Part shown: piece after piece, positions 50,534-59,276 of the stretch
Layout: the number at the start of each line of letters is the position of its first letter
How positions within the stretch are numbered: position 1 is the stretch's first letter
IMG/VR virus record: IMGVR_UViG_3300050190_000082
Location: 1-64,000 of that record
Strand: one strand, 5' to 3'
Origin: a virus
DNA length: 64,000 nucleotides
Notes under the pieces: model-generated
The model's input: only the letters and a program-made list of their open reading frames with translations
Database searches by the model: none
What the model was told of the DNA's origin: nothing
Program-made: the position numbers and the translations under genes

Positions 50534-50652
50534 AAAACAGGATAATCTATTTCAGATGTCTTACTTGATAGCGATATTAGTATATCCTATTTAGAACTTT
50601 ATATACAAAGGTAAACAGAACATTTATAAAAAAATATAAGGGAGGAGTAAAA

Positions 50653-50847
50653 ATGATAATAAATAAAATGTTTACAGAGGAACAATATCAAACCTATGCA
50701 AATTTTTTAAATAAAATGGGGCAGGAGAGTCTCCTAGATTATTCTACATATGATGAATCTGAAAACTGGCTAAAAGAAAGTAATATTACTATTGCTATTC
50801 AAAATGCAATGGATGAAAGATTTTCAGTAGAGAATATAGAGCAATAA
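50653..50847 (+). CDS. Hypothetical protein
   Basis: SD GGAGGAG. Confidence 0.55.
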   Translation: MIINKMFTEEQYQTYANFLNKMGQESLLDYSTYDESENWLKESNITIAIQNAMDERFSVENIEQ

Positions 50848-50929
50848 TTCCCTAATATTTGAAAAGAAATGCTAAATTATGTGCCTGAATAAAAAACACA
50901 TTTTATCGTATAGAAAGGAGTAGATAAAA

Positions 50930-51028
50930 ATTACTTTATTTGACACTTTTTGTTTTTGGTTAATTTTGTCTTCTATATATGGGTTACTACTTGCCGTTGG
51001 TATTAAAATGAAAAAGAGAAGTATATGA
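50930..51028 (+). CDS. Small membrane peptide with probable ATT start (32 aa)
   Basis: SD AGAAAGGAG at 50912-50920, in-frame TAG at 50921, ATT at 50930; ITLFDTFCFWLILSSIYGLLLAVGIKMKKRSI*; ATGA overlap with the next gene. Confidence 0.5.
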   Translation: MTLFDTFCFWLILSSIYGLLLAVGIKMKKRSI

Positions 51029-51342
51029 TAAATAATTATAAAGTAATTACCCTATGTGGGAGTACAAAGTTTAAAGATGAATTCCTAAAAGCACAAAAAG
51101 AATTAACTCTTCAAGGAAATATTGTTATCTCAGTAGGATTATTTGGTCATGCTGATGGAGATTATAAAACAGTTCTTACAGAAGAAATAAAAGTAATGTT
51201 AGATGATATGCACAAAAGAAAAATAGATATGGCAGATGAGATTTATGTAATTAATAAGAATGGATATGTAGGCAGTAATGCAAAAAGTGAAATAGAATAT
51301 GCAGAACATACAGGTAAAGTGATTAAATACTTGGAGGAGTAA
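51025..51342 (+). CDS. Rossmann-like phage protein (nucleoside deoxyribosyltransferase-like fold suspected)
   Basis: VITLCGSTKF..LT..GNIV..H.RKID.AD.IYVIN..GY.G....EI.YA. Confidence 0.6.
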   Translation: MINNYKVITLCGSTKFKDEFLKAQKELTLQGNIVISVGLFGHADGDYKTVLTEEIKVMLDDMHKRKIDMADEIYVINKNGYVGSNAKSEIEYAEHTGKVIKYLEE

Positions 51343-51548
51343 ATAAATGATTATTATCAGTGGAACAAAAGAAGAATTATTAAAATTTACAGGTGAATTT
51401 ATTCCATCTGAATGTCCTAGAGATACAAAAACCATGAGTAAAGAAAAATGTTATATTTATCAAAATTGTGAAGAATGTGCATTAGATAACGAGAAAAGAT
51501 TCATTTATAAAATTATAGAGTAGGAGGAAATATATTGGATTTATCACA

Positions 51549-51749
51549 GTGGTTAGTAGTTATTTATTTTGTTCCTTTATTATATCAATAATATATTTTA
51601 CAATGCTTAAAGTTGAAGATTTGTTTAAAGTTGAGAAATCATACTCCAAAGATAAACATTCATATTTAAAATGTATTGGTCTTTCCTTTATCCCCATCTT
51701 AAATATAGCAATCGCTTTGAAACTTAGTTGGAAACAAATTGTAGGTTAA
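51549..51749 (+). CDS. Small membrane protein
   Basis: Hydrophobic segments with FIPILN. Confidence 0.5.
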   Translation: MVSSYLFCSFIISIIYFTMLKVEDLFKVEKSYSKDKHSYLKCIGLSFIPILNIAIALKLSWKQIVG

Positions 51750-51773
51750 ATTTTAAATTGAGGAGATTAAAAT

Positions 51774-52118
51774 ATGAAAATTTATATTGATCACAATAAG
51801 AAAATTGACCATTCACCCTGCTATGATTGTGAAACGGGAGGAGGTAGCATAAGTAGTGGAAGAGATGAAAAAGGGGAATATACTGAAACAACTACTTGTC
51901 ATGATGATTGCATAAAACTTAAATCATATTATATGAATATCAAAGAAGATTCAAGTATATATTGTAATACCTTACATATCCCTAAACGATATAAAATTGA
52001 TTTTGATAAGGTTACTAATTTAGAAGATATCTTACTAATATTAAAATCACTAAATATTACAATATCTGAGGAGTCAATCATAGGAATTGAACACTTAGTT
52101 AAAGAAATTACATATTGA
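51774..52118 (+). CDS. Hypothetical protein
   Basis: SD GAGGAG. Confidence 0.55.
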   Translation: MKIYIDHNKKIDHSPCYDCETGGGSISSGRDEKGEYTETTTCHDDCIKLKSYYMNIKEDSSIYCNTLHIPKRYKIDFDKVTNLEDILLILKSLNITISEESIIGIEHLVKEITY

Positions 52119-52306
52119 AAGGAGTAAAAAATGAGCTGGTTGAAGAAATTATTCTGTCGTCATGATTTTATTTGGGACGGGAAACATGTACATTTTATTC
52201 TTGAAGGAACAAAAACATATTACGTATGTACCAAATGTGGAAAAGAAAAGCAAGTTTGGTTAGGTAAAACTGGCAAAAAGTAAATAAAATATTAGGAGGA
52301 ATACAT

Positions 52307-52795
52307 ATGAATATAGAATTTTTAACAGGTAAAATGCTAGGTAAAGAAATTAAGATAGAAACATTTGATAAGGATGGTAATCTTGGCATACTTATTGATA
52401 ATTTAAAGGTTGATTCTGTAGAAATCATTAAAACAATGTGGGCAGGGTACAATATAAAAGTCAATGAAAATATCAACCTCTATTTTGATTCGTTAGAACC
52501 ATGTGATTATAATGACTTGGAATATAATAAGCACTGTCTTTGCCTATTTAGGGATGATGTTGAATTAGTAAACGTCTATTTACCAGAAGGAGACAGTTGG
52601 AATGAGATGAATCCTACTATTCAAGAGATGGCAGACGAAATTAATACTAAAATAATAGATACTAAAATTAACTTATGCAATTTTTGCATCTTCTGTCCAG
52701 CAGAATGTTTAGCAAAAGAAGAAGATGTTAAATATGGTGATGGTTATGGACTAGATAATATTTATAAATGTAAGACGTATGTCGAGGCTTGGTAA
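52307..52795 (+). CDS. Hypothetical protein
   Basis: SD AGGAGG; C-terminal Cys cluster. Confidence 0.6.
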   Translation: MNIEFLTGKMLGKEIKIETFDKDGNLGILIDNLKVDSVEIIKTMWAGYNIKVNENINLYFDSLEPCDYNDLEYNKHCLCLFRDDVELVNVYLPEGDSWNEMNPTIQEMADEINTKIIDTKINLCNFCIFCPAECLAKEEDVKYGDGYGLDNIYKCKTYVEAW

Positions 52796-52820
52796 TAGAA
52801 ATTAATGAAAATTTATGATT

Positions 52821-52849
52821 CTACAAGTCGCTGATAGCAAGGGTTTGAG
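52821..52849. repeat. 29-bp 11-7-11 imperfect dyad, copy 3
   Basis: CTACAAGTCGC-tgatagc-AAGGGTTTGAG. Confidence 0.55.
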
Positions 52850-52957
52850 AACTGTATAGGCACATATTCATAGTAAGGTTGAGTTTAAATATGATGAGGG
52901 TAGAATTATGTCAGATGATATTTTAAAAGGCTTAGAGCAAGCATTTAGGAGGATAAA

Positions 52958-53203
52958 ATGAATAAAAGACAAAATAAAAAGAAGATTAAATATGTCATAG
53001 ACAATATCCAAAAAGTTAATCTTGATGAAGGTGAATTCTTGGTTTTTCAATATGATAAGGAAAAATATCGTTTCCAAGACATTGCCGAGATGGCAGAATA
53101 TATTAAAAAAGGTCTTACTACTAAAGTTATTTTTCTACCAAGTGATTTTAAAATGAAGAAGGTAAAAGATAGGACTGAGGTTGCAGGATTTTTACAGTAT
53201 TGA
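52958..53203 (+). CDS. Hypothetical protein
   Basis: SD AGGAGG. Confidence 0.6.
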   Translation: MNKRQNKKKIKYVIDNIQKVNLDEGEFLVFQYDKEKYRFQDIAEMAEYIKKGLTTKVIFLPSDFKMKKVKDRTEVAGFLQY

Positions 53204-53215
53204 GAAAGATAAATC

Positions 53216-53244
53216 TTGACTTTACAAGTAATAAATAATATAAT
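53216..53244 (+). promoter_or_regulatory. sigmaA promoter
   Basis: TTGACT-17bp-TATAAT. Confidence 0.75.
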
Positions 53245-53285
53245 ATATGTATACATATTAATGAATTTGGGAAGGAGGTTGAGTT

Positions 53286-53777
53286 GTGGGAAAGAGTTTA
53301 TTGAGTAAAACGAGTAAACCAAAGAAAGTAAATAAATATTCAGAAGTTAGCACAACTAAAAATGAATATAAGTTCAATTTGAAAGATAAGGTTGTTTATT
53401 TAGGTTTGGTTGACGAATATAAAGGGTTAGAGTGCATTATCATTAAAAAGAGTAGGAGGAAGATAATAGAGTATTATAAGGTGAAATTTGAGGATGGTGA
53501 AGAATTAGGAGATGTTGCAGGTGGCTTCCTAAGAACCAAAGAAGAATATGAGGATTTATTATTAGATCAAGAAAATAATAGCAATGAAGAAGATAGTACA
53601 AGTAATATGTCTGATGTAGAACTAAAGATTATTGAGTCTGGTTTAATTGCTATGAAGAACAAAAAATCCTGTATGTGCCAAATTTTATTTTATCAAAGAA
53701 GTTGTGAACAATGCCATTATGAAAATGTGTGTATATACTGGAAAAAAGGGATGTATGACAAGGTTAAATTTGACTAG
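53286..53777 (+). CDS. Hypothetical protein (SH3-like plus Cys cluster)
   Basis: SD AAGGAGG; KF.LKDKV...YKVKFEDG. Confidence 0.6.
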   Translation: MGKSLLSKTSKPKKVNKYSEVSTTKNEYKFNLKDKVVYLGLVDEYKGLECIIIKKSRRKIIEYYKVKFEDGEELGDVAGGFLRTKEEYEDLLLDQENNSNEEDSTSNMSDVELKIIESGLIAMKNKKSCMCQILFYQRSCEQCHYENVCIYWKKGMYDKVKFD

Positions 53778-53795
53778 AAGGGAGATATAATATAA

Positions 53796-54440
53796 TTGTC
53801 TATTAAACGCCCGTGTAGTGTTGAAAACTGTGTGTTACCTATAAAAGCTATGGGATATTGCGTCAAGCATTACACACAAATGAAAAGGCATGGAAAAATC
53901 TTAGAATATACAAGATTTGATAGTAATCAAATAATTATATTGGAAGATTTTATTGAAATAATTATTTTTCACAAAGACAAAAAATATACTGCAATAGTAT
54001 CAATGGATAAATTAGAATTAATCAAAAACCACAAGTGGAGGGTATATAAAAATTATGTACTAACAACTATTAATAATAAAAATATATATCTACATAGATT
54101 GTTGTTGAATATAGTAGACCCAAATGTAAAAGTTGATCACATTAATCATAATGGTTTAGATAATCTCAATGAGAATATAAGAGTATGTACTCAACGTGAA
54201 AATTTAATGAACACTTCAAAAAGAAAAGAAAACACATCAACTGTGATTGGGGTTGTATGGGATAAAGAAAGAAACAAGTGGAGGTCGCAAATGAGAATTA
54301 ATGGTAAGGTAACTAATTTAGGAAGATACGATAAATTTAAAGACGCTGTAAAAATAAGATTAGAAGCAGAAATAAAATATTTTCAGGAATTTGCACCACA
54401 AAAAAATTTATTTGAAGAATATGGAGTTGGTAATAAATGA
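53796..54440 (+). CDS. HNH-AP2 homing endonuclease
   Basis: CSV..C...GYC.KHY, LHR..VDHINHNGLDN..NIR, GV.W.K.R.KW AP2 domain. Confidence 0.85.
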   Translation: MSIKRPCSVENCVLPIKAMGYCVKHYTQMKRHGKILEYTRFDSNQIIILEDFIEIIIFHKDKKYTAIVSMDKLELIKNHKWRVYKNYVLTTINNKNIYLHRLLLNIVDPNVKVDHINHNGLDNLNENIRVCTQRENLMNTSKRKENTSTVIGVVWDKERNKWRSQMRINGKVTNLGRYDKFKDAVKIRLEAEIKYFQEFAPQKNLFEEYGVGNK

Positions 54441-55057
54441 TTAAGACTGAAAATATCTCAGTTATGAATTTTGAAAATGCCTTTCGTGGTATGCGCAATC
54501 CTCTTGCGAGTTGGGAACAGTCAGATAGTTATTGGGATGATTATGATAGGGAATATATCATAGGAGAAAAAGATTTAGCACTTGCGTTAAAACTCATTAA
54601 AGCAGGTTCAGACCACTCAAAATTCATGCGTCAGATATTAATATCTATGGACATTACCGCACCTCTGTATTGGTTTAAAGAGTTTGATACTTATAAGGTG
54701 AGTACAGTAGCTAACTCAACAAGTACAATGCACACACTACATAAAACAAAAATTACTCCTGAATTATTTTCCGTAGAAGGATTAGACGAAAGAAATTTTA
54801 TTCACTTTGATGATTATTGTTATTATTTAGAACTTCTAAGATGCCAATATCTCGAAACAAAAGATAAGGATATATGGATTCAGTTGATTCAAATGTTACC
54901 TTCTTCATTCAACCAAACTAGAACAGTAACATTTAATTATGCAGTAGCAAGTAATATTTATCCTTCTAGAGAGTTTCATAAACTTAGTGAGTGGCGTGAT
55001 TTTTGTAAGGTTATTAATTCATTACCATATAGTAATTTAATTACAGGAAAGGAGTAA
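54437..55057 (+). CDS. thyX: Flavin-dependent thymidylate synthase-like protein (divergent)
   Basis: GSDHSKF, APLYW..EFDTYK..NSTSTMH, LP.S..Q.R, HKL.EW; context with dNMP kinase. Confidence 0.6.
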   Translation: MIKTENISVMNFENAFRGMRNPLASWEQSDSYWDDYDREYIIGEKDLALALKLIKAGSDHSKFMRQILISMDITAPLYWFKEFDTYKVSTVANSTSTMHTLHKTKITPELFSVEGLDERNFIHFDDYCYYLELLRCQYLETKDKDIWIQLIQMLPSSFNQTRTVTFNYAVASNIYPSREFHKLSEWRDFCKVINSLPYSNLITGKE

Positions 55058-55060
55058 ATA

Positions 55061-55612
55061 ATGAATAAAGTTAAAATTATAGGATTCTCGGCTAAAGCCC
55101 GTCATGGTAAAGACTCAAGTTGCTTAATACTAAAAAGAAAACTAGAAGAACAAGGCAATAAAGTATTAATCCTAGCTAACGCAAATTATGTAAAATATCT
55201 TGTTGCTACTTATTTTGGAGGGACATATGAAAGGACTCCAGAGAATCGCACTTTATGGCAAAAGTTTGGGACTGAAAAAGTTAGGACTATACAACCTGAT
55301 TTTTGGGTAAATACTCTTATTGACTTTGCAAAGGTATTTGGTCAAGACTACGATTATTTTTTATTGAGTGATTGTAGATTTTCTAATGAATTTGAAAAGT
55401 GGATGATTAAAGGGTTTGATGTTACTACTGTCAGAGTTGAAAGATTAGGATTTGAAAATGATTTAACTCCTGAACAAAGATCACATATTTCAGAAACAGC
55501 ATTAGATAATTACAACTTCGATTATTACATAAAAGCAGAAAATGGATTAAATAAGTTAGAGATTGAGATTGATAAATTTATTATCTGGATGAAGGAGAGT
55601 GCTGATTATTAA
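55061..55612 (+). CDS. Deoxynucleoside monophosphate kinase
   Basis: SAKARHGKD P-loop, R.L.Q.FGTE, DCRF.NE, H.SE. Confidence 0.85.
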   Translation: MNKVKIIGFSAKARHGKDSSCLILKRKLEEQGNKVLILANANYVKYLVATYFGGTYERTPENRTLWQKFGTEKVRTIQPDFWVNTLIDFAKVFGQDYDYFLLSDCRFSNEFEKWMIKGFDVTTVRVERLGFENDLTPEQRSHISETALDNYNFDYYIKAENGLNKLEIEIDKFIIWMKESADY

Positions 55613-56192
55613 GCCAAAATTGTTTCTTGATTTTGATAATACAATTGTAAACGCTACTCAAAAATTCTGCTCTTGCTACAATGAAATATATAAACATCAT
55701 CCTGATTTTGTTTATGCAGAATGGAAACTAGTAGACAAATGGAGTTTTTGTGATCAATGCCCCTTAGTAACTAGTGTTGAAGACATATTTAAAATGAGAA
55801 TGTTCTTTGATGATTTACCTTTTATCAATGAGAATACATATGAAGTCTTAAAAGAAGTTAATGAGAAATATCAAATCATATTAGTTTCAATCGGTAGTCA
55901 TGGTAATATAGCTTTAAAATCAAATTGGGTTCATGAGTATTTACCATTTATTAAGGAGTGTATATTTCTTGTTAATGATGGTTGCACAATGGATAAAAGT
56001 CTAGTAGATATGAGCATAAGAGATAATGAATATCACCCAATATTTATAGATGATGTTGTTTCAAATCTTGATAGTTCTAATGCTAAATATAAGGTGGCGT
56101 TTGGAGATATTCATGAATGGAACAGGAATTGGGATGGAGATAGGTGCATGAACTGGACTGAGATTGGTAATTTGCTATTAAAAGATAGGTAA
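55599..56192 (+). CDS. HAD-family 5'(3')-deoxyribonucleotidase
   Basis: LDFDNTI, K..W, FIDD, WN motifs. Confidence 0.8.
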   Translation: MLIIKPKLFLDFDNTIVNATQKFCSCYNEIYKHHPDFVYAEWKLVDKWSFCDQCPLVTSVEDIFKMRMFFDDLPFINENTYEVLKEVNEKYQIILVSIGSHGNIALKSNWVHEYLPFIKECIFLVNDGCTMDKSLVDMSIRDNEYHPIFIDDVVSNLDSSNAKYKVAFGDIHEWNRNWDGDRCMNWTEIGNLLLKDR

Positions 56193-56233
56193 ACCAAATA
56201 TAATAATAATATAATAATAAAGGAGATTAAAAT

Positions 56234-56674
56234 ATGACAGTAGTGGATTATAATATTTCTCCATGCAAAAAATGTGAACGATTTGCTTCATCGTGTGATT
56301 TCCCTTGTCAACAATATTCTGATGCTGAATTAGAGCAGGATTTAGCAAAAAAGAATAGAGATATTGAATTAAGTTATGAGATAGAGAAAGAGACTGTTAA
56401 AGTTAATAACGATACAGATATTGAGAATTTTCTTGATTATTCTGTAGAAGATATAGAATGGTTTCAGATATTAAATGGCAAAAGAACATTTAATGAATTA
56501 TTTGATAAAAAAGCATTGTTAGAAATGATGTGGAAAAAGCATGAGAAATATTGTGAAGACAATGGTTTATGTCCTGAATGTAGAGGATTTATGGAGAAAT
56601 ATCCCTCTTATGAAGATGTTCGTGGAGCAAAAGGGTTAGTGGAGTATGAATATAAGTGTAGTAAGGGATGTTAG
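56234..56674 (+). CDS. Hypothetical zinc-binding protein
   Basis: Cys clusters at both ends. Confidence 0.55.
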   Translation: MTVVDYNISPCKKCERFASSCDFPCQQYSDAELEQDLAKKNRDIELSYEIEKETVKVNNDTDIENFLDYSVEDIEWFQILNGKRTFNELFDKKALLEMMWKKHEKYCEDNGLCPECRGFMEKYPSYEDVRGAKGLVEYEYKCSKGC

Positions 56675-56690
56675 GACAGTAAGTATTTGT

Positions 56691-56728
56691 AATAGACTTT
56701 ATGCTCAATATAGAGTGTGAAGTCTATT
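56691..56728 (+). terminator. Stem-loop
   Basis: AATAGACTT..ATGCTC / GAGTGT..AAGTCTATT. Confidence 0.5.
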
Positions 56729-56748
56729 AAACTATATATAATATTAAC

Positions 56749-56777
56749 TTGACTTTAGTATGGATTAGTAGTATAAT
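56749..56777 (+). promoter_or_regulatory. sigmaA promoter
   Basis: TTGACT-17bp-TATAAT; TATATATAATAT upstream. Confidence 0.75.
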
Positions 56778-56822
56778 ATAGGTAGTGGTAAGTATGTTTA
56801 TTTCGAGGGAGGTTTAGAATTT

Positions 56823-58670
56823 ATGTTGATTACTAAAGAAGTTGAAGTGGGATTAAAATCACAAACCATAAAATGGTATGAAGATAAAGGTTATGAGATA
56901 CCAAGAAGGATAGATAAGTATGGGAAGAACCGTGTTAAAAAGGGAACAAAAATTAAAGTGAAAGTAGAGGATCTAACTGATAGTTCAGATGTGCCAGTTA
57001 ATGTTCAATGCGATGGTTGCGGAGAATTATTAGAAGATATAAGATGGCATTCCTATAAAAAATGTGTAAAACAAGATGGTAAATATTATTGCCTTAAATG
57101 TGCAATGAGATTATATGGTTCGGTAAATCTAAAGAAAACCTTATTAGAGAAGAGTATATCTTTCTACCAATGGTGTTATACTAATCTTTCTAAAGAATTA
57201 GCAGATTATATATTATTGAGATGGGATTATGATTTAAACATTGATGAATATGGTAAAAATATAAGCCCTGAAGATGTTTGTATTTGTTCTTCTCTTTCTA
57301 AGGGAAAGGGATATTGGTTTAAATGTTTAGATCATCCTGAACATGATTCTGAACAGAAAAGTATCATAGATTTTACAAGAAGACAAAAAACAAGTCTTAA
57401 TTGTATTCAATGTAACATGATAGTAGTAACTCACCCTGAATTGGTAAAATATTTAGTAAATAAAGAGGACGCATATAAATACTCCATAGGATCAAATGTC
57501 AAAATACCAATGAAATGCCCTAATTGTGGATTTGAAAAAATGATGTCCCTTAATACCTTATTTAGAGGATTTGGCTGTTCGAGGTGCTCTGATGGCGTGA
57601 GTTATCCTGAGAAGTTTTTATTTTCAATGTTGGAGCAGTTAGATGTAATTTTCAAGGTTCAGTTAAGTAGTAAAACCTTTGAATGGTGCAAAACTTATAA
57701 ATATGACAATTATATAGATAATATGAGTTGTATAATAGAAACTCATGGAATCCAACACTATGAAGAAATCAAGGGGAGTTGGAAGATGACTTTAGCTGAA
57801 ATACAAGAAAATGATAAATCTAAAGAAAAGATCGCTAAAGAAAACGGAATAATGAGTTATATAATTTTGGATTGTAAGCACTCAAATACTAAATGGATTA
57901 AGAATAGTATAATAGAAAGTGATTTACCGAGGGTATTAGGGTTTAAAGAAGATGATGTAAATTGGCTTGAATGCCATGAATTAGCTTGCTCAAGTTTAGT
58001 TAAAATAGCGTGTGAACTCTGGAATAGTGAAATTAAAAACACAACATATATAGCAGATAAATTAAAAGTAGATAAACATACAATTGTAAAATATTTAAAG
58101 CAAGGCGTTGAATTAGGTTGGTGTGATTACGATCCAGATGAAGAAAAAAAGAAAAGAAGTATTTCAATGAAAGAATTAAACTCTAGAAAAATGATTTGTT
58201 TAACGACTAAAGAAGTATTTGATTCTCAAACAGAAGCTGAGCAAAAATATTCTATAATAAATATATCTGCATGTTTTGGCAAAGGAAGACAAAAATCAGC
58301 AGGAAGACATCCTGAAACGGGTGAGAAATTAGTATGGATGTTCTATGATGAATATTTAGTTAAATCACAAATTATAGGGTGGTGTGAAGAATATATAAAC
58401 AGTCACAATGGTAAAATAATCTGTCTGACTACAAATGAAATCTTTAATCAGCAATCTGAAGCATGTAATAAATACAACATATCTCCTTCGTGCATATCTA
58501 TGTGTTGTAGCAATAAATACAAGTCAGCAGGCAAACATCCAGATACAGGAGAATTATTGAAGTGGATGAATTATGGTGAATACATTAAAGCTCAAAAATC
58601 AGATTTACCTCCTGTGGATAACTTTCAAAGCACAACCAATAATAATAGTAAGATAAACCATTTTGTATAA
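56823..58670 (+). CDS. Zinc-ribbon / PD-(D/E)XK homing-type endonuclease, paralog of 2493..4271
   Basis: Shared blocks KGYWFKCLDHPEH, CSDGVSYPEKF, IIETHGIQHYE, SAGKHPDTGE. Confidence 0.7.
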   Translation: MLITKEVEVGLKSQTIKWYEDKGYEIPRRIDKYGKNRVKKGTKIKVKVEDLTDSSDVPVNVQCDGCGELLEDIRWHSYKKCVKQDGKYYCLKCAMRLYGSVNLKKTLLEKSISFYQWCYTNLSKELADYILLRWDYDLNIDEYGKNISPEDVCICSSLSKGKGYWFKCLDHPEHDSEQKSIIDFTRRQKTSLNCIQCNMIVVTHPELVKYLVNKEDAYKYSIGSNVKIPMKCPNCGFEKMMSLNTLFRGFGCSRCSDGVSYPEKFLFSMLEQLDVIFKVQLSSKTFEWCKTYKYDNYIDNMSCIIETHGIQHYEEIKGSWKMTLAEIQENDKSKEKIAKENGIMSYIILDCKHSNTKWIKNSIIESDLPRVLGFKEDDVNWLECHELACSSLVKIACELWNSEIKNTTYIADKLKVDKHTIVKYLKQGVELGWCDYDPDEEKKKRSISMKELNSRKMICLTTKEVFDSQTEAEQKYSIINISACFGKGRQKSAGRHPETGEKLVWMFYDEYLVKSQIIGWCEEYINSHNGKIICLTTNEIFNQQSEACNKYNISPSCISMCCSNKYKSAGKHPDTGELLKWMNYGEYIKAQKSDLPPVDNFQSTTNNNSKINHFV

Positions 58671-58785
58671 GTGTCTTTTGTATGTCTAAATTCTAGACTA
58701 CCCCTGTCTAAATTCTAGACTAGTCTAAATTATTGACTAGTCTTTTCTGTGGATAAGTAGCACTTACCTAGTCTAGAATTTAGAC
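58613..58785. other. Plasmid-type replication origin: iterons and DnaA boxes
   Basis: TGTCTAAATTCTAGACTA at 58683 and 58705 (22-bp period), variant at 58722, inverted copy at 58769-58785; perfect DnaA boxes TGTGGATAA at 58613 and 58748. Confidence 0.75.
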
Positions 58786-58796
58786 TACTTGACATT

Positions 58797-59189
58797 TCAG
58801 ACTTTCCTCTCTTCCATCATAATTTCAAATAGTTTTTCTCCACTTATAATTCCCTCTTTTACCATCTTTTCAATTTCTTCAGTCTCCTCACTACATAGAA
58901 AATAGAGTTTTTTAATCTTACCCAGACTACCTGATTTAGAAGTCCATATATAACCATTGTCATCGAGCCACTTCATACCCGATATGACACTCTGTTTTGA
59001 TAAGCCTGTACTAGAAATGAGTTGAGAGATGCTTATATAATCTCCAGTCTTCCCCCAGCCCCAAGTTTTTCTGATCATGAGTAAATAACATTTCAATGCT
59101 GACAAATTACTTATTCTAGGAATTAACTCATCAAATACAATATTTGGAACTTCCATAAAGTTTTTCTGTGGTCTAGGTAATCTAAACAT
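58797..59189 (-). CDS. Replication initiator, lambda-O-like N-terminal winged-helix
   Basis: F..VPN..FDE...K.YL..IRKTWGW.K..D.IS.SQL...TGLS..SV motif. Confidence 0.75.
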   Translation of the reverse strand: MFRLPRPQKNFMEVPNIVFDELIPRISNLSALKCYLLMIRKTWGWGKTGDYISISQLISSTGLSKQSVISGMKWLDDNGYIWTSKSGSLGKIKKLYFLCSEETEEIEKMVKEGIISGEKLFEIMMEERKV

Positions 59190-59276
59190 ATTTCTTTCCC
59201 TCTTTCTAACATTTTGCTTTTAAAGGCAATAGCAATGCTAGTAGACAAGAAGCTAAATTTCTGATAAAATAACATT

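Larger units (their letters stand above)
49545..50905. repeat. Dispersed 5-6-5 dyad sites, array 3
   Basis: 49545 TAAAA-gtaata-TTTTA; 49675 CAAAA-tggcta-TTTTA; 49712 TAAAA-cttatc-TTTTA; 49939 TTAAA-agaaat-TTTAA; 50458 TCAAA-ccgaaa-TTTTA; 50612 TAAAC-agaaca-TTTAT; 50890 TAAAA-aacaca-TTTTA; weak copy at 52873. Confidence 0.7.

Noticed and set aside
9517-50905. Reading the dyad sites as CRISPR repeats or terminators
   Set aside because: Spacing is gene-sized and irregular, the centre is variable, and 5-bp A/T arms cannot form stable stems.
6923-58042. Numerous minus-strand and alternative-frame ORFs in the track (e.g. 8125, 13860, 28896, 32949, 40741, 44660, 48348, 50269)
   Set aside because: They overlap well-supported plus-strand genes, lack SD sequences and look like shadow ORFs.
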